NCBI GenBank assembly: GCA_963741205.1
Contig: CAVUHW010000020.1
Span: forward strand, 224,001 to 288,000
Length of the DNA: 64,000 nt
From: Nitrospirota bacterium
GTDB taxonomy: Bacteria; Nitrospirota; UBA9217
Direction: 5' to 3'
Shown in pieces: positions 1 through 9,917 of the stretch. Positions within the stretch are counted from its first letter, which is position 1. Each line of letters opens with the position of its first letter. The notes under the pieces are model-generated. The model was not told the origin of the DNA, did no database searches, and worked only from the letters and a program-made list of their open reading frames with translations. Both the position numbers and the translations under genes were made by a program.

Positions 1-137
1 TGGCGGGTGAGGATGTATTTTATCTTCGAGGTCCTGAGCGACTCCATCAGGTCGAGCGTTTCTTCGCCGGGAATGCCGAAGACATACTCGACATTTTCAT
101 TTTCGAGGCATTTTACAAGCAGGTCCGAAGCCTTCAT
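1..137 (-). CDS. Acetolactate synthase large subunit / TPP-dependent enzyme, N-terminal part (runs off window)
   Basis: Manual translation from ATG at 137: MKASDLLVKCLENENVEYVFGIPGEETLDLMESLRTSKIKYILTRH, the typical TPP-enzyme N-terminus (VFGIPGEE...TRHE). Confidence 0.8.
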   Translation of the reverse strand, partial: MKASDLLVKCLENENVEYVFGIPGEETLDLMESLRTSKIKYILTR

Positions 138-267
138 GCTGGCGATTCCTCCCCACGGCAAAGACAATGCGAACAGACCAAGACAGTGACAGGATCATCC
201 CGAACATCCGGCCCTGTTTGAGTTACAGGGAATTGCGTTCTGACCTTTTATGCCGAATGCCTGTCTC

Positions 268-888
268 TCAATCCCTGCTGCCGGCATTCAGCAGTTTCTT
301 CCTCCGGTGGTTCCAGATATACACGGCGATGATGACCACGCTCAGCGTCACGGCCCCGATCAGGGCCTGATGCGAGTACTGCATGATGAGTTCCCTGTTC
401 TCGCCGATGAAGTAACCGATATAGGTCAGCACCGTGACCCAGAGCCCGGCGCCGAGCAGGGTGTAGAGCGCGAACTTCATATGGTTCATGCCCGCCAGGC
501 CCGCGGGAAGCGAGATGAGGTGCCGCACCACGGGCAGGAGCCGGCCGATGAAGGTCGATACCTCGCCGTGGTCCTTGAAGAACGTCTCGACCTTGGCGAA
601 TTTATCCTCCGTGATCCAAACGTATTTCCCGTACTTGAGAAGCAGCGGCCTTCCGAGATAATGCGCGGCAAAATAGTTGGCATAGGCGCCGACGAGGCTT
701 CCGGCCGTGCCGCAGAGAATGGCGAGCAGCATATTCATCTGGCCCTGCTGCGCGAGGTAGCCGGCCGGCGGCATGACGAGTTCGCTCGGGATGGGGATCA
801 CCGAACTCTCCATGGCCATGAGCATGAAGATGCCGGGATAGCCCAGGGCGCCGATGGTCTCTAGCAGCCAGTTAATCAGTTCGTGCAT
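268..888 (-). CDS. DedA family membrane protein
   Basis: ESSVIPIPSELVMPPAG and FIGRLLPVVRHLISLPAG DedA motifs. Confidence 0.92.
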   Translation of the reverse strand: MHELINWLLETIGALGYPGIFMLMAMESSVIPIPSELVMPPAGYLAQQGQMNMLLAILCGTAGSLVGAYANYFAAHYLGRPLLLKYGKYVWITEDKFAKVETFFKDHGEVSTFIGRLLPVVRHLISLPAGLAGMNHMKFALYTLLGAGLWVTVLTYIGYFIGENRELIMQYSHQALIGAVTLSVVIIAVYIWNHRRKKLLNAGSRD

Positions 889-972
889 GAGTAACTCCCT
901 TGTTTCGAGTTGCTGCGAGTTGCGAGTTACGGGTTTACATCGGCATTCCGAATCCGCATTCCGACGATTATC

Positions 973-1874
973 TTACTCTTCTCCCACTATCCCGATGTTC
1001 CTCAGCATCCGCTCGTCCTCCCGCCAGCCCTTCTTGACCTTGACGTAGAGCTTCAGAAAAACCTTGACGCCGAGAAGTTTCTCGGAGTCCATTCTGGCCA
1101 GGGTGCCGATCTTCTTCAGCATGGCCCCGCCCTTGCCGATCAGGATCCCTTTTTGCGATTCCCGTTCCACGTAGATCACCGCATGGATGCGCGTGATGTC
1201 GGGCTCTTCCTTCATTTCCTCGATCATGACGGCCGTGGAATAGGGGATCTCTTCCTTGGTGAGCTCAAAGATCTTCTCCCGCACGATCTCGCAAACAATG
1301 AACCGCTCGGGCTGGTCCGTGAGCTGGTCATCGGGAAAATATTTCGGCCCCTGCGGCAGCCGTTTGAGAATGGCCGGGACAAGGCCGCCGAGGTCGTTCT
1401 TGAGCGCGGATACGGGGATGATCTCGGCAAAGGGATAGAGTTTGCTGTACTGCTGGATGAGCGGCAGGAGCGCATCTTTCTTGATGAGGTCGACCTTGTT
1501 GATGAGAAGAAAGACCGGCGTCTTCACCTTGGCAAGGGTCTCGATGATGAACCGGTCCCCTCCCCCGGGGGCCTCCGTGGCCTCGACGAGCATGAGGATC
1601 ACATCCACCTCGTTGTACGTCCGGAGCGCGGTCTTGCACCATGAACTCGTTCATCTTGTGCATGGGTTTATGGATGCCCGGCGTGTCCATGAACACCAGC
1701 TGCGCGCCCGGCTGCGTTCACGATGCCGAGGATCTTGTTCCGCGTGGTCTGGGGCTTGTCCGAGATGATGGCGATCTTCTCGCCCAGAAGCGCGTTCAGG
1801 AGCGTGGATTTGCCGACGTTCGGCCTGCCGATGATGGAGATGAAGCCTGACTTGAAGTTGTTTTCTTCTGACAT
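973..1874 (-). CDS. era: GTPase Era (split by apparent sequencing frameshifts)
   Basis: [22 protein letters not shown] and KH-domain ILIGKGG found across three frames; ATG at 1874. Confidence 0.93.
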
Positions 1875-2033
1875 GGGAGACAGGATACCCGAAATGAGGG
1901 CCGCGCGCAACTGAAAAGCCGGAAGCGGGGGCCCCTTGGCCGGACTATGACCGTGCACCCGGAAGACCGCTTGTTCGCCGAAACGTCGATCGGGCTGCAA
2001 CACGCGAAAAGCTTACCTCGGATCAATTTCCAT

Positions 2034-2063
2034 TTGACAATACCGTGTGATTATCGGTATTAT
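2034..2063 (+). promoter_or_regulatory. sigma70 promoter of nadA with overlapping inverted repeat
   Basis: TTGACA(2034-2039)-18 nt-TATTAT(2058-2063); AATACCG...CGGTATT palindrome across the spacer. Confidence 0.65.
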
Positions 2064-2072
2064 CCACTACCT

Positions 2073-3069
2073 ATGACCGCGACAGACTGATATCAATACC
2101 CTCCGCGAAAAGATCCTCAAGCTCAAGAAAGACCTGAACGCCATCATCCTCGCGCACAATTACCAGCGCCCCGAGGTTCAGGACATAGCCGACATCACCG
2201 GCGACTCCCTTGAGCTTTCGCGCGCCGCGGCACGGACGGACTACGACGTGATCGTCTTTTGCGGCGTCCATTTCATGGCCGAGAGCGCCTCGATCCTTTC
2301 CCCGGACAAGACCGTGCTGCTCCCCGAGATCACTGCGGGCTGCCCCATGGCCGACATGGTCACGGTCAAGGGCCCGCGCAAGACGAAGCGGGAGCTTTTC
2401 ACCGACGTCCTCGGCGTCACCTTCGAGTTCGCCGACGAGTTCACCCTTCTCGACCTCAAGAAACAGCATCCCGGCGTCCCGGTCGTGGCCTACGTGAACA
2501 CCTCGGCCGCGGTCAAGGCCGAGAGCGACATCTGCTGCACCTCGTCCAACGTGGTCAAGGTCGTGGAGTCCCTGAAGGAGGATACGGTCATCTGCATTCC
2601 CGACCGGAACCTCTCCGCCTATGCCGCGAAACGGACGAACAAAAAGATCATCTCCTGGGACGGGTTCTGCAACGTGCACCATGCCCATCTCGACGTCGAG
2701 GATGTAAAAAAGGCAAAAGCCGAACATCCCGACGCCGTTCTGGTCGTCCATCCTGAATGCCCGCCCGAGGTCCAGGACATGGCGGACATTATCACGAGCA
2801 CCTCGGGAATGCTGCGGTTCTGCAAGGAGTCGAACCAAAAGGAATTCATCATCGGCACCGAGGAAGGGATCCTCCACCGCCTGCGGAAGGAAAGTCCGGA
2901 CAAGCAGTTCTACGTCCTGAACAAAGAAATGGTATGCCCCAACATGAAACGGACGAAGCTCGAAAGCGTGCTTCGCGCCCTGGAAAAACGCGAGCACGTG
3001 ATCACGGTCCCCGAGGATATCCGCGTTAAGGCAAAGCGGGCGTTGGACAGGATGCTGGAAATTTCATAA
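2073..3069 (+). CDS. nadA: Quinolinate synthase NadA (probable indel just after the start codon)
   Basis: [16 protein letters not shown] upstream and in frame with the listed ORF; [30 protein letters not shown] motifs. Confidence 0.95.
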
Positions 3070-3072
3070 ACA

Positions 3073-3155
3073 AGTTCAGAGTTAACAGTTCAAAGTTCAG
3101 AGTATAACCTCTCCGTTTTTCCCGTTGTGCTCTGAACCCTGAACTTTTGAGCTCT
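3073..3155. repeat. Degenerate heptamer inverted repeat (AGTTCAG)n...(CTGAACT)n
   Basis: AGTTCAG AGTTAAC AGTTCAA AGTTCAG, followed by reverse-complement units CTCTGAAC CCTGAAC TTTTGAGC. Confidence 0.7.
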
Positions 3156-3160
3156 ATCTT

Positions 3161-4327
3161 ATGCAGATCGCAATCCTCATACTCGTAGCCGCCGTTGTTC
3201 TCATCCTCCTCTGGCTCGTCATCCAGTCGCAGAAGAAGACCGTTGACCCCACTGTCAGCCTTCTCCAGCGGGAGGTCGAATCCCTTCGAGGCCAGCTCAC
3301 CGAGTCCATGCAGCGGGGCCAGGATACGGTTAACCAGCAGCTCGGCCAGATCAACCTGCAGGTGAGTACCCAGCTCGGGAAAGTAACAGAGCAGGTGAAC
3401 ATGCAGCTCGGCCAGGCAACATCTCAGATGAACGCACGTTTGGGTCAGGTGACGGAGCAGCTCCAGAAATCAACGGGCGACCTTAACACGAGACTGGACA
3501 ATGCGGCCAAGGTCGTATCGGAAGTGAGCAAAGGACTGGGAGGCCTCGCTGAAGCGACAAAGAAGGTCTTTGACGTAGGCAAGGACATTGCGAGTCTGCA
3601 GGAGATCCTGCGTTCTCCGAAGCTCAGGGGCGGGCTGGGAGAGCTTTTTCTCGGAGACCTTCTGGCCCAGATCTTCCCGCCTGCGCACTACACGCTGCAG
3701 CACCGCTTCAAGAGCGGCGAGGCCGTGGACGCGGTCATCAGGCTCGGGCACAACCTCGTGCCGATCGACGCCAAGTTCCCGCTCGAGAACTTCAGGCGCG
3801 TCGTGGAGACGGTTACGGAGGACGAGCGAAAGACCGCCAAAAGAAAGTTCATCAGCGACGTTAAAAAGCATGTCGATGCCATCTCCGGGAAATATATTCT
3901 TCCCGACGAAGGGACTTTCGACTTCGCGCTCATGTACATCCCGGCTGAGAATGTGTACTACGAACTCATCATCAAGGACGAGGCCGTGGACACGGACAAG
4001 GCGCTCCTGAACTACGCTTTCACCAAACGGGTCATCCCCGTCTCGCCGAACAGTTTTTACGCCTACCTCCAGACCATTCTTCTCGGCCTCAAGGGCATGC
4101 ATGTCGAGGAACAGGCCCAGGATATCCTGAAAAACCTCGCGCGGCTATCGGGAGACTTTGAGCGGTTTCGGAATGATTTCGAGCTGGTGGGAAAACACCT
4201 TACCAATGTGAAGACAAAATATGACGACGCGGACAGGAAGCTGGAGAAGTTCGGCGACCGGCTTCAGTCCCTGAGCGGGACGGAGGCCGGCTCGGTTATT
4301 GAAGAAGCGACAAAGCTGCCGCTGTGA
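3161..4327 (+). CDS. rmuC: DNA recombination protein RmuC
   Basis: N-terminal TM, coiled coil, RGGLGE, IDAKFP, YILPDEGTFDFALMYIPAE. Confidence 0.93.
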   Translation: MQIAILILVAAVVLILLWLVIQSQKKTVDPTVSLLQREVESLRGQLTESMQRGQDTVNQQLGQINLQVSTQLGKVTEQVNMQLGQATSQMNARLGQVTEQLQKSTGDLNTRLDNAAKVVSEVSKGLGGLAEATKKVFDVGKDIASLQEILRSPKLRGGLGELFLGDLLAQIFPPAHYTLQHRFKSGEAVDAVIRLGHNLVPIDAKFPLENFRRVVETVTEDERKTAKRKFISDVKKHVDAISGKYILPDEGTFDFALMYIPAENVYYELIIKDEAVDTDKALLNYAFTKRVIPVSPNSFYAYLQTILLGLKGMHVEEQAQDILKNLARLSGDFERFRNDFELVGKHLTNVKTKYDDADRKLEKFGDRLQSLSGTEAGSVIEEATKLPL

Positions 4328-4443
4328 CCCCTTCCGATCAGTTGTTCCTTATTTCATGAGAGAATCGGCCTCCCCTGTATTTTCTTCTTGTTTTGTCATC
4401 CTCTACGGGGTATTTACTTTACTCAACTAAACACAAAACCGGA

Positions 4444-6093
4444 TCAGGTTGCTTTCACATCGCTCACAACGACCCTGTTCTTCCCGCTCCTTTTGGCATC
4501 GTAGAGCGCCTTGTCAGCCGCCGCGATAAAGTCCCGGATGGTCGTTGCATTCTCGGGGCAGGATGCGACCCCGACACTCACGGTAAGACTTAAACGGTGT
4601 TCATCAGCGGAGAAAACAGTGCTTTCGATTTTTTTCCTGATCCTTTCCGCGACGTATTCCCCTCCGGCGCTTCCGGTTGCGATCAGGGTCACGGCGAACT
4701 CCTCCCCCCCATAACGGAAATCGGCGTCCTCGCCCCGCGTCGAACGCAGGATGCGTTGAGCCACTTCCTTCAGGACCTGATCGCCCGCCGGATGACCGTA
4801 CGTATCGTTGACAGCCTTAAAATTATCCACATCGATCATCAGGAGGGTTAATTTCTCGCCGTAGCGCTCATAGCGCGCAAAATTCTTTTCCATGTAATTT
4901 CTGAAATGTCTCTGCGAATAGAGCCCGGTCAACTCGTCGGTGATGGCGATCTCATACAGCGCAGCATTATCCATAGCCACGGCGATATGGCCGCCCATCG
5001 CCTTGACCAGGCTAATCCCGGCAGCGTCGAAAGGGCCTCCGCTTTTTTTTGCGATGATCAAGGCAAGGCGGGCGCCGCTTTTACAGATCGGCAGGTAGAT
5101 TTCTTTTCCTTCCGCGATGACCTCTTCGCAGGTCAGCGCTCCGCTCTGCCAGGAGACGAGAACGCGCCGATCGGGGTCGTCGTCAGGAAACATCCTCCGG
5201 TCGACCTTGTTGTCGCTTTTTCTCCAAACGATCCCGCCGTATTCACTTTTCTCCTTGGGAAAAATGATATCGATCTGGTCCGCATCGAGTATCTCCCGGA
5301 TGATCTCGATAACGGCCTGCCTCGCTTCATCCATGTCGATGGTCTTGCTCAGGCGGTCCACGATCCGGTAGACCAGAGACAGTTCCGTGGATTTAAGAAC
5401 GACCTCGGTGATATATTTGTCCAAACCATTCGACAGAACCCGCGACAGGAGCGGGACGAGAATGACGAGGCACAACAGGCCGGAAGCGGCGATCATGAGT
5501 TCCACCCTGGTGACGAGTGCATACACGGGCCGTACTGAGCGGTCGATGATCAGTTTGCCGTTTATCCGGTCCGTCGCGGGATGGCAGACTTGGCAGGGCT
5601 TTTGATTATAGATGATCACAACCGTCCGCAGCACCTCTTGCCTGCCGACAGGAATGATCATGGTGGTTTCATGAGGGACGGTCACGGGACCCGTATGGCA
5701 GACCCTGCAGGATTGCTCCTGGAACCGGTCGATGAGAACACCGGTCTCGCGTTTGTCGGAAGAATACACAATCCGTCCATTCTTGTTCAGGATGAAGGCC
5801 TTCACGATGGAGGATTCGTGCGACGAGATGGTTTCGAGCGTGCGCTGTATATTGTCGGGATTGCGCACCAGCATGAGGTCGCTGAAGCTCAACCGGATGA
5901 CCTCGCCCAGTTCCCGGGTCTTGGCCTTGCTGTCGTCCAGAAGCCGAACCCGCAGAACCGCCGCAATGGAAACCATGGCGACTACCACGGTAAGCGTCGA
6001 CACGAGGAGGACGCCGATGATGATCCTCCTCTTGTACCCATAGAGCCAGTCGGAAGTCCGCTGGTCGTCGCTGTTTTGTCTGGCACTGTCCAT
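4444..6093 (-). CDS. Membrane diguanylate cyclase with diheme-c periplasmic sensor, GAF and GGDEF domains
   Basis: Two TM segments flank CRVCH and CQVCH; GAF-like region; TDELTGL; RGED I-site followed by RYGGEEF; likely start MDSARQ at 6093. Confidence 0.88.
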   Translation of the reverse strand: MDSARQNSDDQRTSDWLYGYKRRIIIGVLLVSTLTVVVAMVSIAAVLRVRLLDDSKAKTRELGEVIRLSFSDLMLVRNPDNIQRTLETISSHESSIVKAFILNKNGRIVYSSDKRETGVLIDRFQEQSCRVCHTGPVTVPHETTMIIPVGRQEVLRTVVIIYNQKPCQVCHPATDRINGKLIIDRSVRPVYALVTRVELMIAASGLLCLVILVPLLSRVLSNGLDKYITEVVLKSTELSLVYRIVDRLSKTIDMDEARQAVIEIIREILDADQIDIIFPKEKSEYGGIVWRKSDNKVDRRMFPDDDPDRRVLVSWQSGALTCEEVIAEGKEIYLPICKSGARLALIIAKKSGGPFDAAGISLVKAMGGHIAVAMDNAALYEIAITDELTGLYSQRHFRNYMEKNFARYERYGEKLTLLMIDVDNFKAVNDTYGHPAGDQVLKEVAQRILRSTRGEDADFRYGGEEFAVTLIATGSAGGEYVAERIRKKIESTVFSADEHRLSLTVSVGVASCPENATTIRDFIAAADKALYDAKRSGKNRVVVSDVKAT

Positions 6094-6263
6094 AAGGTAT
6101 TGCCAATAGTCCCGGAGACGGGTTTGCGGCGCACCAGTCGCGGATGATGCGGTTTTCGGGAAAAGACAAAACGAAACACACAAAAAAACACGGACCGAGG
6201 ATGCTCACCTCAATCCGTGTCTATGATGATTGTTCACGGCAAACGGAACAAATGCATGGCGGT

Positions 6264-6458
6264 TTAAGCCTTCTTCTCTTCCTGTTTGTGCTCGATCGGC
6301 GTCGCGCCTGTTTGCTCTTCCTTCATCGCCTTTTTAAAGGCCTTAATACTCTTTCCGAGGCCTTCTCCGAGCTCCGGCAGTTTCCCGGGGCCGAAAATGA
6401 TGAGTACGATGACCAGGATCAGGATCAGGTGCATCGGCTGAAACAGTCCTTCAAACAT
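6264..6458 (-). CDS. tatA: Twin-arginine translocase TatA/E subunit (copy 1)
   Basis: [36 protein letters not shown]. Confidence 0.93.
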   Translation of the reverse strand: MFEGLFQPMHLILILVIVLIIFGPGKLPELGEGLGKSIKAFKKAMKEEQTGATPIEHKQEEKKA

Positions 6459-6556
6459 AGGTATACTCCTCCTTCACCAAATATACCAATTATACCCGGC
6501 TCTCACTTCGATTGCAATATATTATGGGAAATTATTATCAGGACGAACGGAAGGTG

Positions 6557-7413
6557 TCAACTTTTGACCACCAGAACCGGACAAGGCGCGTAGCCGATGA
6601 CCTTTTCAGTCACGCTCCCCATGAGGAGCCGGCGAAGGCCCGTCCGCCCGTGTGAGCCCAGGACGATCATATCGGCCTTCTGTTCCTGGGCCAGGTTGTT
6701 GACCGCCTGGTACGCTTCAGCCTCGCCCACAAAGGTCTCGGTTTTTACCCCTGCGGCCTCGGCCTGTTTCTTCACATCGGCCACGAAGCCTTTGGCCTTG
6801 CGCACAAGGTCCTCCACCGCGCTGGGGGCCTCCGCGTAGAATTCCGCGGGAACGTCCACGACCGACAGGACCCTCAGCTCCCCGCCGTAGGCCTTGGCAA
6901 AGGAGATCGCGCGCTCCGCCGCGGCCGCGCTGTACTTGGAGCCGTCCGTCGCAAGGACGATCGTTTTCCATCCCACCTTCGTGCCGTTCGGGAACAACGA
7001 GCACGTCCCGTTGGGTGTGCCCGATGACCCTCGCCGTCACAACCCCCACGAGCATGTTCGCGACAGGGCGAAGCCCCCGCCTTCCCATGATGATGAGATC
7101 GCAATTCTCGGCGTCGGCCAGATCGACGATGCGCTCGTAGATTTCCCCTTCTTCGCAGACGGTCTTGATGAGCGCCCGTTCCGATTCCGCCAGCTTCCGC
7201 GCCTCATTCAGGGCGTCATCACAGGGCTTTCGAAGGGAGGCCCTGATGTCCTTGACCCCGAGTGTCTCCATCTCGCCTTCGTAGGGCGGGACCACGGACG
7301 TTACGGTAATCCAGCACTTCTCGTCAACAGCAAACCGGAACGCCTGCTGAGAGCGCGTTCCGGCTTGATTCAGAACCATCGACCGCTACAAGGATCTTTC
7401 TATATTTCCCCAT
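6557..7413 (-). CDS. Tandem-domain universal stress protein (frameshifted)
   Basis: Starts MGKYRKILVAVDGSESS at 7413; DLIIMGRRG; second domain IVLATDGS...LGSHGRTGLRRLLMGSVTEKVIGYAPCPVLVV. Confidence 0.88.
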
Positions 7414-8481
7414 GCTCCAAGGCTCCCGCTGCAAGCTGCAGTCTCTCTGCCTGGCGTCCCTGCCACATGGCACGGAGAACGATGAAAGCGCCGATCAGCA
7501 ATGCGAAGATCATTATAGCAAAGCTGGCGGTCTTGAGCAAGGATACGGTGCCGTCGCCGAGCTTGTCGATCAGCCCGAGCTGGGCAAGGTATACCGGTAC
7601 CATGAGGCCGCGGGAAAAGAGCACGATCACCATGATCAATCCCATCACGACCTTGATCATGAAGGGCTTCACATAGGTGGTGCCGATGGCTCCGAGCTGG
7701 ATGCCGAAGAGCGAGCCGGCGAGGATGATCATGGCGAGCCGGATGTCCACCATGCCGTGGAGCGCATACTTGAGCGAACCGCCCAGGCCCATGACAAAGG
7801 CGATAACCAGCTCCGTGGCCGAAGCCATGAGGCTCGGCGCGCCGAGAACGTAGATCATCGCGGGGACGCCGATGAAACCGCCAACCGCGATCGTGGCGGC
7901 CAGCATGCCCGTGGCAAAACCGAAAGGAATAGTGAAGAGGATGGATACGCGGGCATTGATGCTCTTGAAATAGACCATGGTGCCCGGGATATTGATGGAC
8001 TGGACCCACTTTGCCAGTTTTCCGGTCTTTTCCGCTGTCTGGTATTGCCGGACTTGTAGGTCTTCCAGGCGTCATAGAGAACAAAACCGCCGACCGTAGC
8101 GAGGATCACGACAAAGGCCACGCTGACATAGAGGTTCGAACCTGCGTCGCCGAAGGCCTTCTTGATGTTTTCCTGAATCTGGGCGCCGTAGAGCACCCCC
8201 GCCTCGGCCGATACGCCGAGAACGATGCCGAGTTTCACGTCCACCTGCCCGTATTTGGCCCGCTTGAGCGCGCCCACGAGGGCTTTGGGAAACTTGTGGC
8301 ACATGTTGCTGGCCACTGCCATGAGCCCCGGGACGCCGAGGCTCATCATGCCCGGAGTGAGTACGAATGCGCCGCCGGAACCGATAAATCCGCTGACGAG
8401 GCCGCCGACAAAGCCAACCCCGAACAGGTAGAGGATCGTCATAGCATCAAGATTGATGAAATTCGCCGCAAGGTCATGCAT
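7400..8481 (-). CDS. Sulfite exporter TauE/SafE family permease (frameshifted near 8040)
   Basis: GLVSGFIGSGGAFVLTP and second-repeat GMLAATIAVGGFIGVPAMIYVLG; about 8-10 TM segments. Confidence 0.88.
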
Positions 8482-8482
8482 C

Positions 8483-8734
8483 TTATTTTACCTCCTTTTT
8501 CTTCTTCGAAGCCTCGACGCCGAGCACGGTCCAGAAATGGCCGGTGAATGTGCCGTGAAAATAAGAAAAGACAAATGCCGTGATGATCGGCAACAGCGCA
8601 TACAGTCCGCCTTTCGCGAAGTTGCTGTTGATCAGGTCCTGCTTCGCCAGAAGGGTCGCATAGAGCGCTACGGAAATGATGCCCATAACGATCATCGTGC
8701 CCACCGGCTTCTTCCTTGTGGTGCTTTGTGCCAT
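8483..8734 (-). CDS. Small two-TM protein upstream of TauE/SafE
   Basis: GGAGG RBS, two hydrophobic helices, FSYFHGTFTGHFWTVLG; abuts the tauE start. Confidence 0.8.
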   Translation of the reverse strand: MAQSTTRKKPVGTMIVMGIISVALYATLLAKQDLINSNFAKGGLYALLPIITAFVFSYFHGTFTGHFWTVLGVEASKKKKEVK

Positions 8735-8846
8735 GATAATTCCTCCTTGGATTGATTTAAAAAACTGTTTCGAGTCTCGGGTTTATGGTCTCGAGTTAAG
8801 GCGATCACAACTCGAGACTTGAAACTCATAGACTTTCCCTGTAAAC

Positions 8847-9354
8847 TTACGCCCTGGCCCCGTCCATGACCACGACGAGCGGGCATTTCAGTTTCCGCCA
8901 CAATTCTGAAAGCTCTTTGTCATGCTTGTTGCAGTCGTCGTCGAGGCTGGCCGGAGGACTCGATGACCGCGAACAGAATTTCTTTTTCACTGTTCGTATA
9001 TTCGATGATCTGCTGTTTGAGGCAACCCGACCGTGGAACGAGCCGGTGCTTGACTCCCTTCCGCCGCGAGTTCAGCCTCGAACGCCTCGAGGCGCCGGGT
9101 CGCCGCGCTTGCCCGTCGGCACGGGGCGAACTGACAGTAAAGGATGTCGAGCTGCGCGTTGATCCGCTTGGCTGTATTCAGGGCGTATTTCAGTGTCTTC
9201 GCGTCGATCTGTCCCGCTTTGAGCCGAGCAGCACGCGCCTTGATTCCGTCATAAGAGAACGCGCGGTTTCCACATCCCCCTCTTCGGCAAACGAGGCCGC
9301 TGTCAAGCGCATGTTCCACAGCTTCATCATCTTCTTAAATTTAGTCGTTTCCAT
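8847..9354 (-). CDS. USP-like hypothetical protein with N-terminal FAEEG motif (frameshifted)
   Basis: METTKFKKMMKLW...AASFAEEGDVETARSL, then TLKYALNTAKRINAQLDIL, ending LKCPLVVVMDGARA* (USP-like CPLVVV tail). Confidence 0.7.
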
Positions 9355-9410
9355 GATCCCTCTTTTAACACTCTGCCGCACTCTGAATTTCTCTGTACTC
9401 TGACTCTAAC

Positions 9411-9587
9411 TTAGTCGGCGCGCAGTTCTTTTCTATTCGCCGGTCTCTGGTAGTCATGCATGGAAGGCCGATCGGTCTTTCTGGGTCTGTCTTCATTCAT
9501 GATCTCGCGCGCCATCTCGAATTCACCTTCTTCGGCGAACGCCGCCGCCACCATGGCTGTTTCGAATTTCTTAAATATGTTCTTCAT
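9411..9587 (-). CDS. Small hypothetical protein with AAFAEEGE motif
   Basis: MKNIFKKFETAMVAAAFAEEGEFEMAREIM with AGGAGG RBS; first gene after the sigma54 promoter. Confidence 0.75.
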   Translation of the reverse strand: MKNIFKKFETAMVAAAFAEEGEFEMAREIMNEDRPRKTDRPSMHDYQRPANRKELRAD

Positions 9588-9625
9588 GGTCTTTCCCTCC
9601 TTTCGTGTAATCTGATCAGAACTAA

Positions 9626-9642
9626 TACAAGCTCCGTGCCAA
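9626..9642 (-). promoter_or_regulatory. sigma54 (-24/-12) promoter
   Basis: Minus strand TTGGCAC-GGAGC-TTGTA versus consensus TGGCAC-N5-TTGCW; a sigma54 activator is encoded on the divergent arm. Confidence 0.75.
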
Positions 9643-9701
9643 AGATGAATCGGCACTTAACACATTGAAATTATGTATGATTCAACTGGACGATGGGCTG
9701 A

Positions 9702-9845
9702 CGTTTTAAAACAATGCTTTTAGGAGTAGTGGTGTGATCGTTTTAAAATGCAATGCCTTTTCTCGATAACCGTTTACCCATTTGAAAATACAATAATGTT
9801 TTATTGGGTGTTGCAATAGAATTGAAAACGTTGTAAAATGCAACC
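9702..9845. promoter_or_regulatory. Repeated candidate enhancer (UAS) sites
   Basis: CGTTTTAAAACAATGC (9702), CGTTTTAAAATGCAATGC (9739), CGTTGTAAAATGCAACC (9829; near-palindromic GTTGyA-AAA-TGCAAC). Confidence 0.6.
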
Positions 9846-9917
9846 AATTGCAAATTAATGACCTCGTCCGTGTACATTCGTGGTTAAAAATTCTTTTGTT
9901 CCCGTTCAGGCTTAAGC

